Shown here one piece after another: positions 32,700-47,988 of a stretch of 64,000 nt of DNA. Under the pieces are notes generated by a model that saw nothing but the letters and a program-made list of their open reading frames with translations, made no database searches and was not told where the DNA came from. The translations under genes were made by a program, and so were the position numbers. This stretch comes from Blastocystis sp. Blastoise (taxonomy: Eukaryota > Protista > Bigyra: Opalinata): contig JBBPEB010000030.1 in assembly GCA_039096225.1 (NCBI GenBank), positions 310,001-374,000 of the forward strand. Direction: 5' to 3'. How positions within the stretch are numbered: the stretch's first letter is position 1; the number at the start of each line of letters is the position of its first letter.

Positions 32700-35600
32700 T
32701 CATTCTTTAAAAATTTCAATGATAATTTCATTCTTTTGTTAAAGATTCAAATCAGAATAAGATTATTGCCTATAATATTTTTTCAAACTTGCTTTCTATC
32801 TGCTTTCTGAACTAATAATGGTTTATCATTAAGATTCATATTGGTTTTTGTTGCATTGTGAACTCCTCTTAAATACTAGTCAATATCTACTACATGATGA
32901 TTTCCCATTGTTTGTTGATTGCTTTGTTACGTACTTGCTCGTTATGATCAGTGTTCAATACACATATCTTACAATGTGCTACGTGATGGATACTTATCAG
33001 TTACTTATTCTTGGAATGATTACTTGCAATGTATAATTTTATGAATATTTACAGTTTGTTGCCTTCCATTTATTATTTACATCTGATTTGGTTACTCACC
33101 AAACTTCCTTACTTCTCTTCTTGAATTAGTATACTCATTTTTCTTTTTGTAACTTTGCGATTAATGAGATCTTTATTTATGTTGTTTGTATGTTTGATTT
33201 TATTCGACTAATGTGCTTTTGATTGCTTGTTCTACTTTATAAGTGCTAATTATTTTGTTTTTGTTTTTTATTTTTCTGATACTTCCTTTTTTCATACTGT
33301 ATTATAATGGTATTTATATATAACGATGACATTTTCTTATAGATTTACTTATTATGAATTTTCTTATTCTTATTCTAGTATTTAATAAATACTTAAACAC
33401 TTCATCTCTGCGATTAATACTTACTATGGTTACTAACATACATAAGTTTCTACTGAAGATAGTAGCAGATTAGTAACAATTGATGTTTATTTCTTTTCAT
33501 CCTTAAATCCTTTTGTCTATATTACAATATTATCATGTACTCTTATTCTATCAAGTTTACTATTATAAGTTTTTGAATGTTTTAGTATCTTATTGTGTAA
33601 TTCTTTAATATGCTATTATACAGGAAAGTATCTATATGATATTTCTTTGTTGTAGTTTTCTGTATAAAATTTTTGAATTTCTTTTTATTCTTTGTATATA
33701 TTTTCATCTTGGTTAATTATTCTTCAACTTCTCTTCATGTTATCGTTAGTCTACTATTATATATTGAATTTTTAGTTATAAACCTTATCTTATTTCCTTA
33801 TCTTATTTCATCTTTTGTTCTTTTAAGGTATTATAGCATTACATTAATTGTATTAGTTTTCTGGTTTTTCAGTCTCTTCCTATCTTCTTCGTATGGTATC
33901 TTTATATTTATTAGACTCTTCATTTCTTCTGGTGCTTTTCAATTATTATGTGATCATTCGTAATACTTCACCTGCATGTTCTTTTCCCTTTATTAAAGAG
34001 TTTCTAGATGTGCTATTTTTATATTACTTTTATATTATCCTTAGTTGATATTCCTTTTTCTCCTATGATAGAATTCTTTATGTTCTTATGTTATTCTAAT
34101 AGTCGTTTCATATTTCTCTATTAAACATACTATGAGATTTAATGACGATTTTCTTTTCCTTTAATAATTACAAATTCCTCACTATTATATATTATTATAT
34201 ATCTTAGTTTTATTATTCTAACAGATTTATTTTTATATTTGTTTCTATAATTGAAAACATACTCAATTAATTTATTTTCATATTTCATTCAAATATACTC
34301 TTCATATACATATTCATATCCTTCATTTATGGTTTTCTTCGTTTTCTCATGTTCTATATATTATCCCATGGTCTACTTATTTTTGTGCCTATTTTTAATC
34401 CTATACTTCCTCATTATCTCTATTTCTTTATCCACTTTTCTTTTATTTCTAGTGCTTCTATTGTGTATATTGTGTGCTCATTATTAGACTTATTCATTTT
34501 AATACTGCTTCATCATTATCTCTCTTCATATTCTTTAATGCTCATGTTTATTGTATTTCCTATTTACACAGTTATTATTTCAGAAGCATTTTCCATTTCT
34601 TGTCTAAATAATATGGGTTTGAATATTTTTATTAGTCCTATTTCTTACTATCGTTTTTTATAATTCTTCTCGTTCGTTTCCTTTCTTTTTCTTTCCAACA
34701 ATTTCTCTCTTGGCACTACTCATCATGGATTTTAGTAATCAAAGTTAGGATTTGTTCTCATTGTTGTATTACTATTATCTATATACCACAAAAGATATTT
34801 TTATTATTTCTCTTCATTCTAAGGTTTTGCTCTTTTTGTTACTTAAACATATTTATATGGCTACTCTTATTTATTATTATTGTGTACATTCTCTTCTTCT
34901 TATTTAATTTTTTATAAAAGCCTAGTATCTACACCTTCTATTCCTTCTATTCTTTCTCATTTCTAATTACTCTCATTTTCCAAAAATGATATAATTATAT
35001 AATAGGATCTATGTCTCCATATTTCTTTCGTACTGTTATTTAATAAAATACTATCTCTATTTACTTTAAACCATTTCAACTCCCTTTAACTTATTATCTA
35101 TATACATCTTACATTCATGCTGATATGAATACTATAATACTATTTGTATTTCTTCTATTTTGTTGAATACGGTTGAGGTAGTTCTCGAATTGTTTATTTT
35201 CTAAATTTATTTTCATTTCTATTACTTTAGATATTATATCTTCTTAAGTGCATATGTACATAATTAATATGCTTATATATATTTACACCTGCTTTTTCCG
35301 TTATCAGCCGTTACTTCATATTATTTATACAATGTCTAACTATTATATACAATTTACTCCGTTTGTTCTTTTACTCATGATGATATAATATAGAAATCAA
35401 CTTCTTATTACTTCTTATGGTTTATTTATTGTATTTCTATTTATAGATTTATATATATTTTTATACGAATATTGTTCTCTCTTCATGTTATTGTCTTTAA
35501 AAATATACTAAAAATAATTATTATCGTCTCTTCTACTCATTTATCACTGCCGATTATAAATTCAGTTGATATATGCATTCTTCCTTCTTCTTAACTTCAA

Positions 35601-36000
35601 ATTTTATTTACAAGTTTTTAGTTATCTTCTTTATGATCTACATATATAAATATATTCTCATTAAGTCTATGTCAATCTTTCCAATAATTTTTCTTCTGAT
35701 AATCTTTCAAATGCTAACCTTTATATAATATCATGAATCTTAATCTAATACTTATTTCATGCTATTATAATATAAAATCCACATTACTTTCTATTATATC
35801 ATATATTCTAATACTCTTTCGGATATATATAATCCCTCATATGATACTTAATATAGATATAACACATCTTGCTCTTTCCTTTTGAATTCATGTATAAATA
35901 TAAAATTGTTGGTGTAAACGATTTAAGATTCCACTTTATATATATGTTTTGGAAAATAGTATATTCTTTAGGAACCAATTGTTATCACTCTCTTTGTGAT
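32700..36000 (-). pseudogene. Strand-biased, intron-poor, stop-riddled block; probably decayed coding cargo of unknown origin
   Basis: Minus strand is purine/GAA-rich with K/E/N-like reading stretches broken by many stops; no recognisable motif. Confidence 0.3.
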
Positions 36001-36674
36001 ATTTGATTGATAAGTCAGGTAAATGATTTTAGTAGTTATTTGGTTCTTTCTATTGATACATTATGATTGAAAATATATTTTGCTATTTATTTATATATTT
36101 AATCTTCTTGATTAGATATACTATTTGATTTAAGAAGAGTATACTTTATAGTTGTATATTATACTTTTGATTGAATAAAGATTCTTATTAGTATTGGATA
36201 TTGTTTTAAAGTATTATACTAGAGAGATTAGTATATATGAAATAATTACTTCTAAAATAATATTTATTTTTCATATAAGTAATAATATTTCTCAGTTATT
36301 CGTTTGATCTGAATATAATAGTACTTGAAAAAGAATATAATTAGAAAAATAATTGAAATATAGATAAAAATTATTAAGGAATAGTGATTCTAATTAAGAA
36401 ACTATATACTATTGATATAATCAAATATATAAAGGAATATTCAATGTCATCTATTTATAATTATATTTAAAAGATAACAGTATATCTTCTTGAGTTAATT
36501 AAAACAATACAAATTATAATGTAACAATAAAACATTATGGAATACAAATAGTTAATATAATGAAAACAATATAAATATATAAATATTAATAGTAAAAGAA
36601 ATCAATGTACTTTGTAGTATAAATACAGTAATTAAGTAGTTGGATTAGATTAGTGATTTTGTTGCTAGATGTTA

Positions 36675-39409
36675 TCAATCGAGTTTCTTTTTCTTTAATT
36701 TATCTATATATAATTAAGAATAGATTCTATATTATGTGAATTATGAATATAATACTTATAATATACATACGCTCTAAAACAGTAGTTATAAGTGATGAAG
36801 AATCAATGATATCAGAAGTTAATCCAATTGTCATTTGGGTTGTTGGATTAATAGTGTTTCTGTATTTGTTTTTTATATACACGAGATGACTGAAACCGCT
36901 CTCACAGAGATATGAAGTTGCAAAGGGAAGAAAACATTTCTTGGCTATATCATATAATAATGGAAAACGACTCTTATGGCTTATATAGAACTCATCTATT
37001 GGTACGTTATTAAATTCTTCTCTACATGTTTTATCAGCAAGTAAACAGAAATACTCTTCTTTAACATGAAACTCCATTTTATTTTCGTCAGCTACTTTTG
37101 AAAATGGATTAGTAATCCAATATAAAGAATGATCAATAAGATTAGTTGTTGGTGTATTTTTTGGTTTTTTTATGTTACTATTCGTTTTCTTCTGCTTTTT
37201 ATTCTTTTGTACTTCTCCTTGATTTGTATTATTACTTATTTCATTTGGAATGATTGCCCCAAGAGTTATTATACAATTGATATTAGCCTGAATTATATTT
37301 ATATTACTAATGATTCCATTGTATTGTCCTTGAATACTACTATTAGGGAAATTATTAAGAACACCAGAAATACTACCTAAAGTGTATCCATATACTAAAT
37401 ATGGAAAGTCAATTCTAATCGTTACTTGAGTTTCTATTAATTGCTGAGTAACTATGTCAACATAGGTTATTAAGCCATTTACAACTCCATTTGGAGATAC
37501 GCAACCTTGTAATGATCCAAGAATATTAAATTGGTTTGATACTACTGATGTATTGTTATTAACATTACTATTCACTTCATGAGATATATTTGATGTATTA
37601 TGTGTATTTTCTTGGTCTATTAAATATTCATTAAGGTCTTGAAGATACGATTCATCACTACCAATATAATTTAGTATTTCTGGGAAATAATTCAGTAAAT
37701 TACGTCGAAGAGTTATTAGATGATTTTTGATATAAAATATGATTGAATTAATATCAAGCTTGGTTGTAGATACATAATCCTTAAGTTTCGTAAATGATGA
37801 ATAATCGTTATTATTTATTAGTCTTTCTAATCTCAACGATAATTTTATAAATAAATCCTTCATAATGTCTATTAACCCAAATATATATCTATGCTGTCCT
37901 TGCATTGATTTATTACAATCATAGAATAAACTGGTAACATCCTCAAGGTATAACATTGAAGCTATGAAGTTAGTATCAATAATGGTGTTATATAAGTCCT
38001 TCTTTTCTTTATCCTTTTTTATTACTAGTGTTATTCCATTTCTAAGTAAATTAAATCTTTTAATTGATGAATGGCATGAAAGCCATCTTGTAGGGCAATA
38101 AAGGAGAAGTTTATAACTTCTAATATTTTTTTCCTTTTTTTCTTCCTTCTTATCATTACTATAAACTTCATGAATATTATTATCTATATTATTATCTGTA
38201 TCAGATGTATCTAAAAGGGATTCAACTACTTTATTATATTCTATCTCTAAAGAAGATATATTATTAGGGGAATCAGGTATGTTATCTTGAGGAGAGAAGA
38301 TAGAAGAGGTTAATGAATATTCATTATCAATATTGTAATTATTGGATTCGTCTTGTCTAACAGCAGACTTCTTTATATATGAAATTATCTCAACAGCACT
38401 TTTGAATATATTAGTGAAGTATTTTGGTAAACAGTTTACACAGAGTTCTTCTCTATGAAGAAAACAGTGGATGAACATACAATTCTTATTCTTCTCTAGT
38501 ACTCGTGTTTTGAAGGAGTTTTTGTCTCCATTCATATTCGAAGCACCGTCAAAAGTAGCTGATACGCAATTATTCCACAGAAGGTTATTATTATTAAAGA
38601 AATTATCTACCATGTTAAATATATTATCACCTGTTTTGGAACTAATCTGAAAAATACTTAAAAATGATTCAGTAAACTTTTTATTATATTCGTATCTAGC
38701 ATAAACGAGTAAATAGGATTTCATTTCTATGTCAGTTGACTCGTCAAGCTGAATAGAAAATGATCCTGATTGTCTTATCCTATTTATTACTTCTTGTTGA
38801 ATTGTCAAAGCAATTTCATCACTTTTTCTTTTGATACTGCTTGAGGATAACGGAAGATTAGAAAGGACTTTGACATTCTTTAACCTTTCATATTCTTCAA
38901 TAATAGGTTTAACTAATTTTTCTCCAGTTCTGTAGCTGTATCCATTCTTTGAAATGGAGTAGGCGATGAAATATGAAAGCTTACTGGATAAATCTGAAAA
39001 GCTAAAGAGAGAATTTGAGTATTCTGTGTTTTCATTATGATCTTTTAAGAGTTCTTGAATGTCATCATATGTATATTTGCTTAACCCATGTTTATTCTTG
39101 AAATGAGTGAAGAGTTTTGAGGCTTCATAACCTTTACACGTGAGAGTAGACTCACAGATTAAACAAAAATAGGAGTTTTTTGTTAATTTTTTAAATCCAT
39201 AAACAACTGGATTGGCATTATATCTTTTAACTCCTTCTTTTACTTCACTATAATATTTGGATTTAGGATTAATATCTGGTTTATTATTCGTTTCTTCTGT
39301 AATTATGTCATCATCTTTTTTTTTTTCGTCTGTTGTAGACTTGTCAATCTATATATATATATATATATTACTATTAATATACTTGTAATTTTTTAAAGTA
39401 CTGTTCCAT
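36675..39409 (-). CDS. hAT transposase, Buster/Charlie (ZBED5/SCAND3/FAM200-like) type, apparently intact, 3 exons
   Basis: Exon 1 MEQYFKKLQ; BED finger CLICES...THFKNKH; LPLSSSSIKRK; FSIQLDESTD, TFDGASNM, HCFLHRE, TRWLS, WITNPF, LPFATSYLCESGFS; spliced tail HKLKKKKLD*. Frame is open from ~39348 to ~36771. Confidence 0.93.
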
Positions 39410-39955
39410 GTATTTAAACAATAAAAAAAGTTTATCTAATATAGAATGTTCTTTTTGGTTTAGCAAAACATTTTCCCTTATATTTTTGTTTTTCCCGTGT
39501 TTTCATCACTTAAAATAACTATGAAAATCACGGTAATAAAAAAGTAACTTTGTTATTTAAGCGCAAAAATTTTGGTCCTTTCGCTTAACGAGTAACTACG
39601 TGGTGACCCCTGAACAAAAGTCTTGTATTTTCTGAAAGTAAGTCAGTTATTTAAGAAAAGTAGTTCCCTTTATTTAAGGACATAGTTAATCAATAAGGCT
39701 TTTAATATTATAGTTTTTAAATTATTTGTTTATGTATCAGAAACAGGTAATAAAAGAAAATCTTTAATACAAGTTTTTTTATAGAAAAATTGTTTATTGA
39801 TAAAAATGAGTTTTCAAAATGGTTTCATCATAAATCTATGACTTACATGAAATGCATTTTAAAAAAAAAAACATTTAAAATTACAAAAAAAAAGATATAA
39901 CAATAAAAACTCTATAGAAAAATGAAAAAAAAAAATGAAAAGTTCGAATAAATGA

Positions 39956-42548
39956 TTAATGTTGTCTATTAAGTGTTTCTATATATTCAGTAAGACTTGT
40001 GACAGTATATTGTTTTAATTCAGGAGACTCCGTAATTAATTTTTGATATTCATCAACAACAGTATGTTTATCTTGTTCTGAAAGATATAAATACATTTCA
40101 ATTAAGTCACCATCAATAAATCCAGCTGACTCTTTAACATATTTCAATCCTTTGAAAGAACGGTAATAAGTATGTGATAAATGAGCAATTCCTTTAATTA
40201 CCTATAATATATAATAATTATATTCTGTTTATTATTAGTATATGGTACTAAAAAGAAGATCATAATTATAAATAATTTATTATAATATGATACTAAAAAG
40301 AAGACTAATTTTTCTTATTAAATAAAGAGTGACAAAAAGTATAAATAATATACATATATAAATCTAAAAGAATAATAAAAGAGTAGTACAAAAACATACA
40401 CAAAGAATAGCTTTTTCAATATTTTTTAGTTCATTAAATTCATTTATATTGTTAATTTTTCCAATAACACCAATTCGACCACTAGTTGTTACAAATAATA
40501 TATTCATATCAATAGATGTATATAAAGAAGATAATTGGGAAGAAGAAGTGAATTTTCCCGTAATTATCTTATTTATAGTATCTCCTAAATGGAACCAACT
40601 TGTCATCTATATATATATATATATTATTATAGTATTCTTATTGATTTGATAATATGATAGGTTATTTAGAATATACAGAAAAATAGATAACTAGAATGAT
40701 ATATAAAAAGAATATATATATATATATATATATAATTTAATATATAAATAAAACTATAACTATAAATAAAGAAAATAATAAATATATAAAAAAAAAACTA
40801 GAATTAATAAATAAACAAAACTAATATATATATATATATATACAGTAAGTGTTTTTTTAGTTGTAGCTTCATCTTCTTGTAAAGTCAGAACAAATAAGTT
40901 TCTATCGATATCACTACATACTATATGATTATCATCTTCTATATAGAAGTTTGTACAATAATGAGTAGATACTTCATTACATAAGAAAGTAATAGAATAT
41001 GTATCTATATTTAATGTATAGATAATTACACTCTTTGTAAGATCTAAAACATATATATAATCATTCTTCTCATCTATCTGTATATCTAAGATATAAACAT
41101 GTTGAGAACGAATACAACGAAGTTCTAAATGATTATTCTCATATGTAAATATACATAACTATATATTATTTTATTATCATATTATTATATCATTATTATA
41201 TTATTATAATAATATAATATTAAAAAAAATTATTAAAAAAAAATAATATATATATATATATACTTTTCCATTAACTCCACAAAGTAGATGTTTTTTATAT
41301 ATACAAATAGTATTAACACATCCATCTACTTCTTCCTTATCGATTTCTTGTAAACTATATTTATTTCCTTCTTTAATAACACGATATACACATAGAAAAC
41401 CGTGGGAAGGTTCCTCTTCATCCGGTAAAATATACGTTCCTCCCATGATTATTACTTGTTCATTCTTTGTACCTAAAGGACCACAATATAATGCTGTTCC
41501 CCATATATTATTACTAAAGGGAAGAGAATATAATAATTTAAATGAAGAATCATATAAACATATAGAATTAGACTCTAAATTCTCCTCAAAGAAATTTATA
41601 GATTGAGTTATTACAGCATATATATTCTGAGGAGGCTATATATATATATGTATTGTTTATTTATATTTATTAATATTTTTTTATTATTATTTATATTTAT
41701 GTATTATTATTATTATAATTATTTATTAATATTTTATGATTATTTATAATTATTTATATTTATATTATTATTATTATTATTTCTTATTAATATTTTATGA
41801 TTATTTATTATAATTATTTATATTTATTATTATTCATAATAATAAAAATAATAAAATATATACATAATACACAATACTAGCAGGTGTTTTATGAATGACA
41901 CTTTGATATATATGAATTCGTTCATTTCCCTCCAAATTACCCATAAATAACGTTTCATGAGAAGCCATTAAATATCCCTTGAAAATACCGCGGGGAGAAA
42001 TAAGTGGACATAATGTCGTAATAGATGGCATATCAATATAACTATATCTATATATATATAAAATTATATAAAAATATGAACTATATATAAAACAATATTA
42101 TATATATATATATACAAGAATCCTCCATTTTCCATATATATATTAGCTGTTTTATCTGATAATGCAAATATGGTTGATACTTTTGTATTTACAGAAGAAG
42201 GAAGAGAAGATGAAGATAAAGAAGATAAAGAAGAAGAAGGTACTGTAAAACAATATAAAAATACAGGAATATTACCAATTGAGATCTATAGAATATATAT
42301 ATATAAATATATATGGAGAATATCATAATATCATATATATATATACATACTTTACGATCTTCAATCCATGTTCTTTTGTCTTTTAAATAAATATATGTAT
42401 ATACATATCCATCAGAACTACCCGTAAGTAATATATATTTATTATTATAATTACCTATATATAAATTGATATTATATATATATATATATATATATACCTA
42501 AAAATATAGAAACAGGGAAGGAATCAGGATGAATATGTATAGTATCCA

Positions 42549-42598
<50 letters not shown>

Positions 42599-43538
42599 CT
42601 GGTTGAAGATTTTCATTATATAAAGTGATTGTATCTTCAAAGAAACAATGAACAGCAATATATATAGCATCTATATATATAAATATATAATAGATATAAA
42701 CATATAATATATATAAACATATAATATATATAAACATATAAACATATATATACCTTCAACTAAAGGTTGTGTATTAATAAAAACAGATTTCACTTCATTT
42801 TCAAGTTGTTTCTTATTCATTTCTCGAAGACCTCCTGTTTCTTCCTCAATTAAATAGGTCATAACCGCGGTTTTAGACCCCAAAACAAGGATATTATGAT
42901 AAAGAGAAGCAGCTGAAATAGAGAACGTGAAAGGGAATGAAGAAAGAAGAGACATATCATTATATATATGAATAGAATGAGAAGTAATCTATATAGAGGT
43001 AAATAAGTTATATATATATATGAATCTATTCTAGATAGTATATATATATATTTTAAATATATAAATTATTAATTTACTCTTAGATAGAATTATATATATA
43101 TATATATACTTGTATCCATAAATGTTTATTAATAGCTCCAGCATATATACTCATTTCATTATATAAAAAGTCAGATACAAATATATGTCGCATTTGAATA
43201 CCGAGGTCTTCCGCGGGAATTTCATCAGAATCATTAGAATATAAACAACATTGAGGAATCGAATGATGAAGATAAGAATATATAACTAAAGGAGTTTCTA
43301 TATATATATATTTGTTATTATTAATCATATATATATTTTATTATATATATACCAATATCGATATTAAATATATGAATAGGATCTGAAGGAATTGTTATAT
43401 TTGTATATATAGAGAATCCCGTGCCATTTCGAATAGATGTTATATGACCAGAATTAGAAGTACCACCAATACAGATAATTTCATTATTTGATTTTTTTTC
43501 TTCTTCTATATAGAATAATAATAATAATAATAATAATA

Positions 43539-43594
<56 letters not shown>

Positions 43595-44192
43595 TAGTAA
43601 GAGTATCGATTCGAGAAGGTTGATAAAGAGATACAAGAGGTCCAATATTATTATAATGATTAATTTGCTTTATATATATAAAAAGTAATATATATTAAAA
43701 TAAAGTATATATAAGAATACTATATTATATTACATATATATACTTCTACTGTTCCTTCTATATCGTTAATTCTGTATATATAGCTATGTCCAGTAGAAGA
43801 TCCGATATAAATACATTTATTATCAATATATCGAGCAACAGAAGGAGAAGAAGTACGGCCCAGAGAGAGAGTCATCAGGGAAGAAGCTATAGGAAGAAGA
43901 GGAGTAATATAGAGGAAGATATATATATATTGTATATAGGATAAGAATAATCAAAATAATAACTATAATATACATAATATATATATATATACATGAATTA
44001 GTAGTATTATTAGGTATCATTGAATATCCAAATATATATATATAACCCTCATTATCAACAACTAAATATCGAGAATCATCTATCTATATATATATTATAT
44101 ATATATAAAGTATATATATATAATATATATATATACTTTATCCCAAACAATGCTCCCATTGAGAGATATCGATAATCGTGATATTGTATTCC

Positions 44193-44234
<42 letters not shown>

Positions 44235-44297
44235 ATAGAGAAATACTTTATAAGTTGCCATGTATTCTCACCAATAATAGATAAAGAACCATCAGAA

Positions 44298-44376
<79 letters not shown>

Positions 44377-45394
44377 ATCATATAATAATAATCATATAAT
44401 AATAATCACATAATAAATAAAACAAAAAAATATATATACGAGGAATAAGTGAGGATACACGACTATCATCAATTTTATAAGAGAATTCTTTTCGAAGGTT
44501 TTCTTTAATAGGATCAAGAATACAAATGTTTCTATATAGAGTTCCATGATTATCTTGAGATAATACACATAGAGTAAGAGAAGATGGTTTTGAATAAGTA
44601 GGAGAAGAATTAGATAGAGAAGGAGTATGAAGAAGAGGAATAGAAGAAGGATATAAAAAACATATATCTTTAATATTAATATCGAGTAATCGAACATTAT
44701 AGCTGTGAACTATATTCGACTCAGAAGAAGGGAGTAATACAATCTATATAATATATATAATATGTATTAAATGAATGAATATAAAAAAACAACAAAAATA
44801 ATATTTATATATACTTTTAACACGCCAATATAAAGATATAATGCTAAAAAGTTATTTGAAGGATCAATAATACATATAGGTTCTCTCTATATATATAAAA
44901 ATTATAGCATATTAAAATTATAATAATAAAATGAATCAATAAAATACATCAATTGGTCTTCCTATATTATCTTGAATATTCGCACTGATTTGAGTGACAA
45001 TTTGATGCTTCTCACAATCAAAACTAAATAAAGAATATATATAAAGAACAAATAAATAAAAAATAAAGGTCATACCTAAGAATACACAAGTCACAAGCAT
45101 AGGTAACTACAATTAACCATTCTTGATTTAATCCTATAAAGATATAGATCAATATATTTAAAAATAAGAACTAAAAAACAAACCTTGAGGTTGATATTTA
45201 CATAATGCTGATATTTGAGCATAAATTGGTACATCATAAACAGGTTGTAATCCCTCACTAGTAACATTATACAATTCAAGACGATTGCACTTCGCTATAA
45301 TCAAATCAAGATTGTCGGGTCCAGTAAAATGACCAACAACTCCATGAGTCACAGCATTTGGCTGTTTTGCTGATGCTACATAATGATAATTCAT
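39956..45394 (-). CDS. DDB1: DNA damage-binding protein 1 (multi-exon)
   Basis: N-terminus [81 protein letters not shown]-terminus LNRQH*. Confidence 0.95.
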
Positions 45395-45969
45395 ATTGAT
45401 TATTCTTTTATTATTCAAGGATCCCTTCAACAGTTGAAAAATCTTCAAAAATACAAAGTTAAAAAAAGATCGTTTTTGTTAAAAACCCGTGTTTAATCTC
45501 AAAAACAAAGGTTGTTTTTATTTTTAATCATGAATATATTCTTTAGTAATATCAAATTTCCCACTTTTTTTTTACTCATTAGGGTCATGATCAACATTTA
45601 AATTTGTAGAAATCCTAATATGATTATTGTTTATGCTATAGAAAAGTTAGGAGAGAAACAAACTGAAAGAAAAATGATTGATTATCTACATTATTTAAAT
45701 CAAAATAATAAAAAATGAATCTTAAAATGGACCTTCATCTTTGCAGCACATGTATTTATTTTTTAATTTAGAAATATATGAAATGAGAAAAAGAAAATAC
45801 TATTTTTGTACTCTTTTTAAAGAATGTATTTACAAAGCAATTCACAATAAATTATAAACGATATATATATTAGAAACGGTAATCGAGGAGTTATATAAGA
45901 AAATAAAAATTGCACATATATACATAATATATATAATATATAGCCATGTATATGAATAAAGAATAACAA

Positions 45970-46892
45970 TTAAACTTTAGGCGCAGCAAGTGCAAATTTC
46001 GCTTCACTTTCAGAACAATTCTTTGAAAGTGGTGGACTTAAAACTTCTAATGATTCTTCTCTCTTACGATATTTAAGAATAAGAAAAACAACAGAAATAA
46101 TAGCGACAATAGATAAGATAACAATTCCTACAATAATCCAAGGGCTAAATGATTTATGCTCTTTACATCCTATATATATTATTTATTATAGAGTATTGAA
46201 AATGCTGAAGATTTCAATATAATAATAATTATTATTATTAAATTAAGAATAAACACAATGATAATAAAAAAATAATAATAATAACAATAATAAACACAAT
46301 AAATATAAATAATACCTTCATCATTAACATAAGACCATAAGAAATCAGCATATTTGATTTTATGATTGTCTATAAATGATAAAAAAATAAAATTGATATA
46401 AATAAAACAAAATAAACATTATCTTAATATTAAGTATTTACCTAGCATTTCAAATGTGAAAGTCAAAGTCATCCCAAGATCTTTTTTTATTACAGCCCAG
46501 TAATCAACATTGTTACGAGTACAATTCAAATCAAAAACATTATAGGTTTTGAATTTCTCAAGATTTTGAGTACAATTCATAGTATTTTTCACAGCATCTA
46601 CATTATTGACAACGAAATAGATAGAATTATAAGTTCCTTCGTAGACATTAGTCGCCTTTCCATTTTTGACATCAAATTGTTGCATTGTTCCGTAGAGTGG
46701 TGTGTCATAGCATGACTTAGGATCAGCTGCATATGTGATAATACTAAATTTTGTTAAGTCTTCTTTAGCGTTAGTAATAAAGTTGATATCCGTTCTTTCC
46801 TCATCAATTTCTGTACAAAAATCCGAGAATGTTCCACAAATTTTTTCAGAAAAGGCAGTAACAATTAAACATAAAAATAAAAGATAATACAT
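45970..46892 (-). CDS. Cys-containing type-I membrane protein of unknown function (3 exons)
   Basis: Signal peptide MYYLLFLCLIVTAFS; ectodomain ending WSYVNDEGC; TM WIIVGIVILSIVAIISVVFLIL; tail ...AAPKV*. Confidence 0.8.
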
Positions 46893-47988
46893 ACTCTTCA
46901 ATTCAAAATAAAATGAACAAAACACAAAAATGGAAACAACTCAGTTTCGGTTTTTAAACACTATTCATGGGAAAATGAATTGTTTCTATGTATCTTTTTG
47001 AATAGTTCTAATATCCTCGTTTCTCGAATAAAATGAAAAATAGTGTTGTTTTGTTGTCGTATAAAGGTTTTATGTTGAACTGATGATGCTAGTACATATA
47101 ACAATTGAAATTTGATTGAAATAGAACGATATATCCATGGAAAATGGTTGATGATGGCTTACTATGAGAATATTATCTAGGTTCACTATATATTATTTTA
47201 ATTAAAACGATGAAGGGATCAAATTGAGCATAAAAAGTGATTCAGACCTTTTTTATTCTTGATGACGATTGAATTAATCAATTATGAGGTTAATTTATAG
47301 TCAAATATCTATGGCCAAACTTTTATTTTCTTTCATTATATATTCATTAACGTTGCGATGAATCGTTAAAATCAATTATAGCATTCTGGCGGTAAATGTT
47401 GTAAACAAACTAGTCAGTCTATTTCCTTTTATTGAAAATTTTGAATTTAAGTTAGTAAAGCTATTAAAATAAATGAAAAGAGAAGGATATAAATGTATAG
47501 ATTACTTTTGCATAAGAATAAATGGGATATATAAAACTAGAAACTTATAAACAATTGTAGCAAAAAATATTAAAAAAAACAACTGGCAAGATGATTAAAA
47601 AAATATTTACAAATGAAGAACAAAAAAGAAAATTACAAAAAAAAAATAGAATAGAATAATATATATATATATCAACTATGAAAGAAATAGAGAATTCGTT
47701 CAATAAGAATAGAACGAGGAAAATATCAAAAAAGAATTGAATAGTTTGAAGCTAAAAAAACGATATATAAACAAGAAATATATATTAAAAGAACACAAAA
47801 ACACATAATAAAAATAGAAAATGAAGAAGAGAAAATGTTATTATATTTAAATAGTATTATAGAATAATAAAATGTCTATTATATAAAGGAAAAAGTCATT
47901 CATGCAGATAATATATAATATATATAATAAAATCACATACTCTACTTTTCAAAAAAATATACTAATATGAGTAATAACGAAGCATTGC

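Noticed and set aside
32700-36000. Alternative genetic code (stop reassignment), and a Piwi-like DFYIISS reading near 35390
   Set aside because: Genes in this window terminate with TAA, TAG and TGA normally. Stop density in the block is near random, and the Piwi resemblance does not extend.
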